A stretch of 63,556 bases of DNA, the filler included, from Kipferlia bialata (Eukaryota), in assembly GCA_003568945.1 (NCBI GenBank). It is 7 parts of 7 records of this genome, joined end to end, with 100 filler letters (N's around TTAATTAATTAA, not from the genome) between each part and the next. Parts side by side here need not be neighbours in the genome. Positions count along the whole stretch, not along the records: positions 23,970 to 33,794 come from BDIP01001549.1; positions 33,895 to 43,718 come from BDIP01001550.1; 5 more parts are not named here. One strand, given 5' to 3'. A program made the translations under genes and the position numbers. The notes below the pieces were generated by a model that was given only the letters and a program-made list of their open reading frames with translations, did no database searches and had not been told where the DNA came from. Shown in pieces: positions 24,066 to 36,313 of the stretch. Numbering within the stretch: position 1 is the stretch's first letter; each line of letters opens with the position of its first letter.

Positions 24066-27000
24066 GGGGTGCCAAGAGAACCAAGTATGCTAGGCCATGG
24101 CGGATGGTCCTGTTTGTAGGTGTGGCGTGTGCAGATGGGATTCCATGCAGTCCCAGTGCTCTGTTCCAAGTTATACATATACCTCCCTCTTCTCAATCCA
24201 TACCCCTACCCTCCTACCCCTCATGGCCAGGTGGCTTTGCCAACAACATCAGTGCCCTGCAGTTTGAGTTCATGTGGACCCACCCCCGCAGCAGTGTGGT
24301 CATGAAGAACCTGGCCTCGGGCAAGAGGGGCATAGCAGACCCACGGACAGTGGCGAGGTATGTATATGTGTATAGATGTATGTATATATATTGATGTATA
24401 GATATGTATAGCAGACCCAAGGACAGTGGCGAGGTATATATATATATAGATAGATAGATAGATATATGTGCTATCTCACTCTTTTCTTCCCGATAGGAGT
24501 GATATCTCTCTCTCTCTTGGTCTGGGGTACTTGTGTTCCGTGCCCAGTACTGGTATATCTTCATTATTTATACACTAGGTCCAGTGGATACTGGTTGCAG
24601 ATGGATTGATTGGACTGATTGTGTCTCTTTGCATCCGTTATGTACTGTCCCTCACATGTCAGTGCTATCACTGTGTTGCGGAAGATGCTCTCCAACCCCC
24701 CATGGGATAAGCAGCCCCTCTTTCTCAACTGGACATCCCCGGATATGCAGGTGGGTCATGTATACATATGCAGATGGGTCTATGTGTGGTGATTCTGTTA
24801 ACACTGATCTGTTGGTGAAGTATCCCATCATTCCATGCCGTGTCCCGCATGTCTCACCCAGACCCAGTACAAGGTGACACCAGAGGGACTGCCAGTCACA
24901 GCAAGACCCCTGGGTATGTACCTATATATATATATGAATATATGGGCATTGTTGTGGATATGTATTCCTGAGGGACTGCCTGTCACAGACCATTGGGTAC
25001 GGATGTGGATATGGTGCCTAACCTCGTGAGTTCTCTCCACCGACCTATCGGTACTCTGTCGTGTATATCCTCCCCACTCTCCCTTCTGACTGTAGCTGAG
25101 TGTGTGTTTGAGAAAGGGGTCAAGATGCCTCTGGAGGATACCTTCCTGCCCAAGGTGTCAGGCAGAGACAGAGCCCACGCCACACACGCACCCTGCCCCA
25201 TATGCAGGTGGGGGGGGGGTATAGTGTGGAGGGTGGATGGTTCAATTACTTGATGATAACATGCTATATGTTTGTTAATGTACTAACAACCAGTGACCAA
25301 GTGTCCGATGAACAGCTACAGTGCCCGCAATGCAAGGTGTGTATCTATGCATTCATATGTATATACATATATACCTGTGTTCACTCCACTGCAGTCTGCT
25401 GAGGACTGCTATCGGGTCGACAGTATCAGGGTGCCACTGTGTCATGACTCACTATCCCCCCCACCCCAGGTTGTGTATTGTCTGGCCTGTCTGGGCAGAT
25501 GGGTGGCCAGGAAGGGACCTCTCATTCCCACTGTAGGTAGGGCCGGTATATATATGTGTGTATCAGGGGACATCGCGCTTGATTCAGTAACTGAATGTCT
25601 ACGGATATATATATATTAATGAATATATATGCTTGTGTTTTCATTTCCACCCCTCCCTCGTCCGACCACTGCCCGTGATATATGGATACACCACTTATTC
25701 TATCCCACCCCTCCCTCTGACCCCAGGGTCATGCCCCACCTGTAGGGCAGAGATTAAGTGGAGGGACCTGCTCAGAAATGCAGCCAGAACAGCATTTGAG
25801 TTGAGGTGGGTGTATGGACATGACAGGGGTAGGTGTCAGAAGACGCTACGTGACTGGTCATCCCCTATCCCCTATCCCCTATCCCCTCTCCCCTATCCCT
25901 GCCGACCCCAGGACGTCTGGCGACGTTGCCTCTCCAGTCGTTGGGTCCCGGCCAGTGCACTCCCAAACAGACAGCGAGAGTGAGAGTCACAGTGGGTCTA
26001 GTGACAGTGAGTGTAACAGTGATAGTGGTAGTGGAGCGGAGGAAGCACCTGAAACCGATGTAGAGGAGTCAGATCCCTGGGGCGATATACAGGAAGAGGG
26101 AGATGCAATGCCCAGTGCAACCAACCACCGTACGACTAACCACGTGGCCTCTGCCCATGCTGATACTGATACTGATGGGAGTGGGTGGGGAGGAGGTGTG
26201 GGTCGTGTTGTCGGGGGGGAGGGAAGGATCGACCCTCGAGGTAGAGCCATTGGTAATGATACGAATACTGATGATGGTAGCATCTCAGGGAGGCGACATG
26301 GAGGAGGGGGGCGCCAGAGACACAGTTCCCAACAGGTGGTGGAGAGAGAGAGACTGGGGAGCGTCGGTGCTGTCCCCACAGGCCCTGCCTCTGGCTATGC
26401 TGATGCTGATGCTGATGCTATTGATATTGATATTGGTATGGATGAGTCCCCTGTGTTTGACCCCTGGGATCTGGGTTCTGATGGGATAGCCACAGAGAGG
26501 GATAGGGGTGCAGTCGAGGTCTCTGACCCTGACACTGACCCTGACTCAACAACAGAGTATGAAGGGGCAGCAGGGGGGGTGAGAGCGGGTACACCTCCTC
26601 AACACCCAGTGTCTGGTACCGTTGAAAGTACGGTACACAGGTCCCCGTCCCGTCTGAGACGTGTGATTGGTAGGGTGGTGGAGGTGATGTCTCCTAGTCG
26701 CAAGAGGCGCCCTAAGAGTACTTCCAATGAGAATCTCGACATGATACAGGGTGGGGGTATGGGGGGAGGGGACCTGTCTAATGTGGCAGGGCAGAGGCCT
26801 AGGCCCAAGGGGCGCCACATAGACACCCCACTGTTCTCCCCCACCCCCAGAGCCCCTATCCCAGTCATGGATGTGGATGAGGATATGGATGGGAGTGTAT
26901 CTGGCATCTATGGGGGCAGTCCCTCTCTCTCTCTGTCCATGTACGAGGGTGTAGTAGGGCATGATATGTATGATGACGCTGAGGGGTCAGACGGGGGCAT

Positions 27001-27256
27001 GGAGAGTGGCACCTCTTCCACTGACTCCCCAGATAGGTCTAGGGTAGGGTCACCCTCTCCCACCAGAGTCAGGGGGCCCCGGAGAGTGGGGCCTGGGCCC
27101 TCCTCCCCGTCCCCTCCCAGACCACCCCCCACCCCAGAGACCCCTGTCTACACAGCCCAGGGCAGACAGGGGGCAGGGGGAGGGAGAGAGAGGGGGAGAG
27201 GGGGGTCATCCATCCTAGAGGCATCCCCTGATGTAACACTCTCCTTCGGTGACTAG
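24066..27256 (+). CDS. SLX1: Structure-specific GIY-YIG endonuclease SLX1, 5'-truncated, with a long disordered C-terminal tail
   Basis: GGAKRTKYARPWRMVLFV|GGFANNISALQFEFMWTHP (Slx1 motifs GGAxxT, RPW, ALQFE), and the RING-like CPIC...CPQCK|VVYCLACL...LIPTV|GSCPTCRAEIKWRDLLR. Last exon about 25911-27256 is low complexity. Confidence 0.9.
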
Positions 27257-27768
27257 CAGGGACGAAGTCTATTCAGCCATGATTGTTGATTCCTGTTAGG
27301 TCTCTATAATCCATATGTATACAATAGAGCCTGGTCCACTGCCCTAATTGTAGCTTGGCGGTGTCTTCATTCCGAATCTATAATGCAGGTTTTACGACTT
27401 AAGTTGTACCAAATTCTTAAGTTGCTAAAAACGGTTTCGTAGTGTCAGTTGAATTGTCACAGACTCTCTACAGTCTTGCTGGTTTGGCGGTTTGGCCACG
27501 CCTGGAGCGCGCGCAGCTGTTGACCCTGCTGTATAGATGCCCTCTCATTATTGGCACTGTACAGGGCAGATATGGCATCGTAGAGAGGCCATCGCAGGGC
27601 TGTAGCGGGTATCACTCACTCAGTTGAGGGCATCTGGCACTACAGCAAGCCAAGGCCCAGAAGATACCTTTCCAGCTGCCCTGACACAGAGGGAGAGAGT
27701 TAGCCACTTTGCACTGCATATACTGTGAGTAGACCGGTAGCTACCCTCGAGCCTGTGTATCAAGGAGT

Positions 27769-30700
27769 ATGACCGTTCCGTCTGACAGGTATGATATCAC
27801 TCTTGGTGTCTCCCACATTGACCCATACTATCAACACCCAGCACTAATTGGGGATCTTCGGCTATGTCTCTACATACATATAGACCTCTGACAGTAGGAA
27901 GTAGAGTGTATCCTCGCCTCTGTCATTGTCCCCTCACCCTTCTCTCTACGTCCTATTCCCTCCCTCTCTCTCTCTCTCCCCACCCCCTGACCCCAGACCC
28001 CCTTCCCCCCATGCCTCCCAGGGTGTGGGTGGGACCGAGGCCCCCCCCGTCCAGGCCTCCATGGACACCAGTGACATCGACATCAAGGTCGAGATGAGGG
28101 AGAGGGAGCGGGACGTCTCCAGGGACATGGCCCATGTGAGGCAGGTCAAGGAGGCCATGCGCAGAGAGAGAGAGGTACGGGTCGGTGGTCTCTCTCTCTT
28201 GTATCCATCTCTATATGTGTACTGCCGCTATTCAATTACATTTGTACCACCTCTCCCCCCCTTACCCCCAGGCTGACCCCCCCCCCACACCCTCTCCCAC
28301 ACCCTCCCCCTTTGTAGTCACATCCCCTTCCCCTCCTGACCCCCCAGGCCAACCCCTCCCCCCACTCCCTTAGCCACAGTGTCACTGACACTGCCAGTCA
28401 CGGTGCCAGTGGCCGTGTCCATGCCTTCCCCCGCCCCGGGGTCTCTCTCCCCCCGTCCCGTGTGTCTCTCCCCAGTGACGTTGACCCTGCCGACACCCAC
28501 CGCCAGAGGCCCCCCCACCCCCACCTCCACTCCCACACCCACCCCCACCACACTCTGTCCCAGGGGGGTACCAGTGGGGAGAGGAGGGAGAGGCGGAGAG
28601 AGCTGGATGGGGAGAGGGTGGGTCTGATCCTGGGTGACAGGCAGATGGAGATGGCGAGAGAGAGGGAGAGAGAGAGAGAGAGGCACAGGCAGCTGCAGAT
28701 AGAGTGGTGAGTATCTGTATGTATTCTGTGTCTATTAGTCGTGGACCCTCCCTCTCTCTCTCTCTCTCTCTCTCCCTCACCCCCCAGGATGCGTGACAAC
28801 CCCAATGTCAACATGGTCACCTCTCTCCCTCTCTCTCTCTTCCTCCCTATCTATGCATACATATATTCATACATATCTTACCCCCCAGGATGCGTGACAA
28901 CCCCCCTCCCCTATGTGTGTCCCGTGGGCAGGTGATGGATGTCGACAGGGAGAGGGAGAGAGACAGAGACAGGGGACACAGAGAGCAGGTACGTGTATGA
29001 CTCTATGATATCACAGCAACGTCTGAGTGGTATATTGTCCCCTCTCTCACTTGCCCTTCTATATAGCGACAGCTTGACACCTGGCACATACGTATAATAC
29101 TATGTATATGTATACCACCTAGCCCTGACCCCCAGTTCCGTCTAGACCCTGCTCTGCCCGGCCCACCTCCCCAGTCCTCCATCCAGTACATGGGGAGGGG
29201 GGACAGAGAGAGAGAGAGAGGGAGAGGGAGGGACAGGGTGCGTGACTCCTATTGATATAGTACACCATATATAATCTCTGTACATACCCCTCTCTATCTG
29301 CTAGCTCTCTCTCCCCCACCCTCTCCCCCCCCTCACCCCCAGTCCCATATGCGTGTGCACATCCACTCGGAGACGGTGGCACACACACTCAGCCAGGTAT
29401 GTATGTATTGTATATCTATAGTGTATGTATCTATATACATACTCAGACACACTGGCACACACTCAGCCAGGTTGGTGTGATACATGTGATGTACATACAT
29501 ACACTCTATCAAGTGAGAAGGGTATAGTCTTGCTTCAATTATGGTGTGATTAGAGCAGCAGATGGATTAAGTGTATTGTGTCCCTCTGTGTAGTGTCTGT
29601 GTCTCACCCCAGAGGGAGAGAGAGAGGGCAGAGGGGACTGGCAGCCGAGAGGGAGAGGGGGAGAGGGGTGGTACCTACTCTACATGGGGGTATGTGGATA
29701 TCTAGATACAGTAGGCTCTATTACCAATATGTGTATGTGACATCTACCCCCTCTCCCCCTCACCCTAGTACCTGTCCCCCCCAGTCTCTGGCCTCACCCT
29801 CTACCATCTCTGCCTCATCTGGTGTGTCAGGCAGTGCCCCTGTCACTATCAGTGGCAGGGAGAGAGAGAGAGAGAGAGAGAGGTCCCAGGGTGCCGGGGA
29901 CACTCCTATGCTACAGACACCCACCTCTCTCACCAGCCCTGGGCCATACACACCTGACACATACACACCTGACACATACACGGACACACAGAGGTGGGGG
30001 TTGTGGTACTATTTATACATACATATGAATCCATACCTCTCCCCCTCATCCCCAGTATGTCCTATCCCATCAGACAGTGACATACACATACACTCTACAC
30101 CACTCTACCCCTCACCCCCAGTCTGCCTTACCCCAAGATACTGATACTGATACTGATACAATCAGACAGTGACAGCCACATAGACATGGATAGATATAAT
30201 AGTAATGATATATATATATACGTGTATACCCCCTCACCCCAGTCTGCCCTACCCCATCAGACAGCCAGGAGAGGGACCCCCAGACCTGCTGAGGGATGTA
30301 CGTGCACATATACTCTGATGTGTGTATATACATGGGTATTATTGTACTGCACAAGTATTGACAAGTATTGCCATGGTCTCTTGCTATGGGTACCTGTCTA
30401 TGTGTATGTATATATCTGTATATCTGTATACTAAGTATACAGTTACATACACCTTGGTGCTGATATTCAGGGCTACCTGCTGCACCCCAAGGGCAAGCCC
30501 AGCAGACAGAGAGGGACAACCACCAGGAAGAGGTCATCCAGGCAGTGGAGTACGTGGGGTGTATGTATATAGTGTATATACATGATGCTGCCTCTATTCT
30601 GTGTTTATACTCTAACCCCCCAGGCACCCATGAGAACATGGTTGTGCTGACACGGGTGCTGGCCGAGGGAGACGCAGCCTTTGTGTCACTCTCCAGTGAG

Positions 30701-32864
30701 CTAGGTATATACCTATTGTATATGTATATATCTCCAGTGAGCTACACTGGATTATATTTGTGTGTGTATGCGTGTGTGGCTGATACGACTAACCCCCCCC
30801 CCCCTCACTGCCAGGCAGGAGAGAGGAGACCATCAGACTACACTGGTCCAGGGTGCTAGACCCCAAGCTCAGAAAGGGGCATTGGACAGCAGGTACATGT
30901 ATATATATGGAGTGGCTATACATATACATGTATACACTTATCATATGTCTGTAGATATATGCACATTTCAATAGATATTAAGGGACACTGGACAGCAGGT
31001 ATGGTGATAGAGTACACAGGCATCATTCCTAGGTGTATACCAGTCTCTATATACATATACACTGACCCCAGAGGAGGATGGCCTGCTAAGACTGGCCGTG
31101 ACCAGGGTCGGCAACAGTGACTGGAGAACAGTGGCCGAGATGATACCAAACAGAAGTGACATACAGGTACATAGCCATATTGCATACAACATACAGTATC
31201 TATGCTATCAAGGCCATGCATTCCTCCAAGACCACTTCACCTATCTCTCTCCGCCTTTCTCACTCTTTATACATACACACATACTCCATGACCCACCCCT
31301 GGCCATTTACAGATGTCTATCTGTCTCTCTTTCTCTATCCCTCTTCATCTATTCATTCATATACAATACCCACCCCAGGCCAGGTACAGATGGGCCAGGA
31401 TGACTGGGATCCAGACCAACACCAAGAGAAAGATTGAGTCTAGGAAGTACGTTGATGATACGGTACCTCTTACTTCAATACTGCTATATATATGAGTAAA
31501 TATCTATGAGTACATATATATGTGTGTATCTGTGCACCACCAAAGTTTACGTCACAATTATATGATGCCATGTATACGTATATATCATACCCCTGACCCC
31601 AGCTCCATCACTGGGAGGTGGACCAACGAGGAGGACGCTCTGCTGATAGCAGCAGTCAACAGGTATGGATATGTATTGGAATACACATATCTAGTAATAG
31701 GGAGAGAGAGCACTCGATGGATACTGGTTACCATTATCCCACATACTGTATTCCATTGTAGTATGTATGTTATTCCCTCTGACCCCCTAGGCATGGTGCT
31801 GATATATATATATACTATACTGTGTATACATGCATGGATGTCAGACACACTAGTCAATGGCTTCTGACCCCTAGGCATGGTGCTGGTATGTACTAATCTA
31901 TATACTATCTATAATATATATATACTATATATATTCTCTCTGACCCTAGGCATGGTGCTGGTAACTGGGCTGCCATAGCCAAGGATGTGGACGGCAGGAC
32001 AGACCAGCAGTGCCTGAGGTACAGAGTGTACACTATTTATGTGTATTCATGTATATATAGGCATACACCCCTCACCCCTTAGACACTGGGACAAGTATAT
32101 TCACTATATACTGTATATATATATCATGGACGGCATGTATACGTGTATACGTGTATACGGTATCCCCCGCACCCCCCAGACACTGGGACAAGGCAACACT
32201 ATACATATATGTATATGTACATATGGATATATATGTTTATACACCCCTGACCCCCCAGACACTGGGACAAGGTGCTGAACCATCATAGACAGCATTATAC
32301 ATATACATATGTACATATGGATACATATATATATATCCCCCTCACCCCTTAGACACTGGGACAAGGTGCTGAACCCCGACATTGTCAAGGGACGGTTCAC
32401 CCCTGAGGAGGACAGGTCACTGCTGAGGGCGGTGGAGGCACTGGGTGAGTCACGGCAGTAGTGTAGGACATATATAGGGTGTGAAATATTCAAATGCCCC
32501 GAATGCATGTGGATTTGAGTACTACATCGTATTCCTATCCACCCCCACCCCCTGACCCACTATGCACAGGACTATAGAGTTAACTACACTATATCATTTA
32601 TGTATATCTCCAAATACCCTGACCCCAGGCACCGGCAGGTGGAGTGAGGTGGCACGGTTCCTGGAGGGCAGGACCGACAAGCAGGTATGGATATGTATGT
32701 ATATTATTATATATACTATATATAATTGGTATGGGTATTGTGTATCAGGTATCACTGTACCATGTACATATGTAACATGTGTATATCTCCCTCACCCCCA
32801 GGTCCACCTGAGGTACAGGACCCTGAAGGGACTCAGGAAGGTGAGAAAGGGGGCCAGCCGGTAG
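27769..32864 (+). CDS. Three-repeat Myb transcription factor with a long low-complexity N-terminus
   Basis: Spliced repeats RKGHWTA|EEDGLLRLAV...DWRTVAEMIPNRSDIQ|ARYRW, GRWTNEEDALL...NWAAIAKDVDGRTDQQCLR|HWDKVLNPDIVKGRFTPEEDRSLL...RWSEVARFLEGRTDKQ|VHLRY. The start and N-terminal exon chain are less certain. Confidence 0.88.
31778..32380 (+). repeat. Acceptor-side echo arrays in the Myb gene
   Basis: CTAG|GCATGGTGCTG three times and YAG|ACACTGGGACAAG four times. Only the last copy of each continues into the full exon. Confidence 0.92.
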
Positions 32865-33186
32865 AGGGTTCTCTGTGGTAGTCAGAGAGAAGGGTATATG
32901 AGAGGGGAGTGATGGGAGTCTCAACATGGGCAGAGGAACCACTGGCACAGTCTTCACCAGTGTTAGTCGGTGGGGCCCTATACTATTGTCAGACAGGTCT
33001 GATGATACATCTCACAACATAAATATGTGATGAGAGTTATTGATTGCTGTGTTGTTTAGGTGAGAGGAGCACTACGCTAGATTTACTCGAAATGGGACCT
33101 TCAAAACAAGTCAGGGCTCAAAAACCTAAAAGGGTTCTGTCACTGCTTGGTTCAGTATGATCGTCACCTCCTGTTTACACCTTGAC

Positions 33187-33732
33187 ATGTTCGATTACTT
33201 CACTCTGTTCAGTGAATCAGGTATGCTGGTGCCTTCTCAGACGTAGTGGTGTGTGTGCGTTTGGGTGTGTATATATTATACGATGTAAATATCCGTATCA
33301 GTGTCTGCACTGTATCACCCTGCCTCTATATATATATATGTATATATACACCCACCCCAGGCCTTGTCCTGTGGGATTCCAAGGAGCCCAACACCCCCCC
33401 TGAGGCTGTGGCCAGTGTGGACAGCCTGGTCTCCGAGGTGTTCCTCAAGGTATGATAACTATATGAATCATATACTATAACAGTGCCATGGTGACACTGT
33501 TCAATTGTGAATATACCCTTCCCCTTATCACATAAATAGATGCAGATGTGTATGTGTGTGTACTGACTGTGCCAGGAGAGGCTGAGCCAGACCTCCCACG
33601 ATGCCGGCCCCTTCTCCCTGTGCTGGAGGCTGCTCAACAACTTCAGCAGCCGCATCTTCTGTGTGGTTGTGTACTCGTCCATCCTGTCCCACCTCAACCC
33701 CTGCGCCCAGGGGGTGCTCGACCACTTCTCAG
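33187..33732 (+). CDS. SRPRA: Signal recognition particle receptor alpha, N-terminal SRX/longin domain, 3'-truncated
   Basis: MFDYFTLFSES|GLVLWDS...VDSLVSEVFLK|ERLSQTSHDAGPFSLCWRLLNNF...VVVYSSIL matches SRalpha MLDFFTIFSKGGLVLW...VNALIRSVLLQER...LTLKYKLDN. Confidence 0.85.
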
Positions 33733-33894
33733 GTAGAGACACCTATTGATATTGTATATAGAGGTATATGTATATACATATACACAGTGAGAGANNNNNN
33801 NNNNNNNNNNNNNNNNNNNNNNNNNNNNNNNNNNNNNNTTAATTAATTAANNNNNNNNNNNNNNNNNNNNNNNNNNNNNNNNNNNNNNNNNNNN

Positions 33895-33950
<56 letters not shown>

Positions 33951-33957
33951 TATGTAC

Positions 33958-34437
33958 CTACACGTACTCCTGTTGGCACCACTATGTCAGGGCACTCCCC
34001 CCCTTTCTCTCTCTCTCTCTATATATATACTCACACATACATATGCATATATACACATATATATACCCATACCTACTAATACTCCTGTTGGCACCACTAT
34101 GTCTGGGCACTCCTCTCTCTCTCTATCTCTCTATACCCCAGTATACACACACACTACATATATATATATATATATATAAATACATATGTATACCTACTAA
34201 TACCCCAGTTGGCACCACTATATCTGGACACTCCTCAAGGTCAGCTAGGTCACAGCCATACTCCCTCAGATAATCTAGAGTCAGAAGAGGATAATAATAC
34301 CTATATAAATACGTAAGAACAAATATACAAGTCTCTAAGTCAGCTAGGTCACACCCATACTCTCTGAGGTAGTCTGAGGGTCAGAAGAGGGCTATACTAT
34401 CTTTATACATGTACTAGTAACTATGGTAGTCTGGGGT
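33958..34437 (-). repeat. Nested half-exon echoes around exon 34194-34274
   Basis: 5' halves at 34333-34373 and about 34425-34437, 3' halves at 34073-34115 and 33958-33998. Confidence 0.92.
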
Positions 34438-35778
34438 CAGAGGGTGTCAGAGACACATTATCCATAGTAGCATACTCACTTATGGCCGGGCATATGACCC
34501 TCAGTACAGCCAGTGTCTCTCTCCCCCCCCCTCTCTCTATATATATACACATATATATATATACTCACTTATGGCAGGGCATATGGCCCTGAGCACAGCC
34601 AGTGTCTCAGAGCCCTCTCTGACATTGGGAAGCCTCAACTCTCTGACTCTGACCTTGACCTAGATGTAAGTGAATATAATTATTATGACATACAAACTAC
34701 CAGCTGTCACAATCAGCCTGAGCTCTCTCACTCAGATCTTGAACCATAAAGTAGGGACAAAGCGAAGAGAGAGTGTAAGTGAGAGATACGCAAATACCAT
34801 ATATATTGATATAGTGTGTGTGTGAGAGAGAGAGAGAGAGAGATGTAGGGCACAACCCACCTTAAAGTCCTCTGCGTTCCGCTCGGCCTCTCTGGCCCTG
34901 AACTCAGCCTCCTCCTTCTCCTGTCTCTCTCTCTCTCTCTCCCTCTCAGCCTCCATGGTACGCTCCAGCGCCTCTCTCTCCTCCCGCTCCACTCTCTCTC
35001 TCTCCCTCTTGACCACCTCGAGCTGCCTCTCTCTCTCTCTCTCCTCGGCGAGCTCTCTGTCTCTCTCTGCCGCTGCGAGTCTCTCTCTCTCCATGGCGGC
35101 CTCGACGGCTCTCTCTCTCTCCCTCTCCACTCTCTCTGCCTCTAGGCGCTGTCTCTCTGCCTCCTCTCTCTTGACACGCTCGGCATCCTCGAGCGCCTGC
35201 TGCTCCTTCCTGAGGGGTTAGTATGCATATACATATACATACATATTGTTAAGTGTATATACACTTTGATAGAGATATGATACAGTGAATATATGAAGTC
35301 AATTGTGTACCACAGACACTCACCTCTTGATCTGTGCGTATCTGGCAGTCATAGGTGAGATATGAGTAATGTATACATTAGCACATGCAGTGTAGAGAGC
35401 ATATACAGTCATGTATACAGTCATGTATACTGTACTCACTCACCTCTTGATCTGGGCGTATCTGGCAGTCATGGTCTGCTCCACAGACCGGATGGCAGCT
35501 GGAGTGTAAGACAGTTGGAGTTTAGAGCTAATTACACTCAAAGTGTATATATATAGTGCATATACCTACGTCCTCCAGGTACTTAGCAGCCTGGTGTCTG
35601 TCAACTGTGACCAGAAGGGCACCCATAGAGTATAAAGTACATACTATATATATGTATAGTAGAGTACAAACCTACATCCTCCAGGTACTTGGCTGCCTGG
35701 TGCCTGTCTGCTGTGACTAGGAGTGCCCCATTGACACAGCCCTGGTGCACACTAGTAAGGACACTGATGTGAGAGACA

Positions 35779-35818
<40 letters not shown>

Positions 35819-36262
35819 TAGTGTGAGAGAGAGAGTAGAACCCCATTGACACAGTGAGGACAATGGGGTAAGGAATTAGTGTGTGTACATAAACATATAC
35901 ATTTACTATACACAGCTGTGTGTATAGGGGTGTGTACCCATATAATAGTATATCCACATACCGCAGTGGGAATGCGTTGTCTCTGAGTATCTGGACAGAT
36001 ATTGAGTAGAGGACAACATGTGACAGTATATATATATATATACAGTATATACAGTATACGTACAGTGAAATGAGATACATACTGGCTACACAATATATAC
36101 TTACCGTAACGGGAATGCGTTGTCTCTGAGTATCTGGATGCCCTTGACCACTGGAAACTTGGAGGGGTCTGGTATTAAGGGTGTAGAGGGGGAGAGAGAA
36201 TGATAATGAGAGTGGAAAGCAGAATCATCATATAACGTGGGGTCATGACGGAAAGGTGAGAA

Positions 36263-36313
<51 letters not shown>

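Noticed and set aside
24066..24360. GIY-YIG nuclease as a homing endonuclease or Penelope element
   Set aside because: The motifs and C-terminal RING-like domain identify cellular SLX1, and no reverse transcriptase is nearby.
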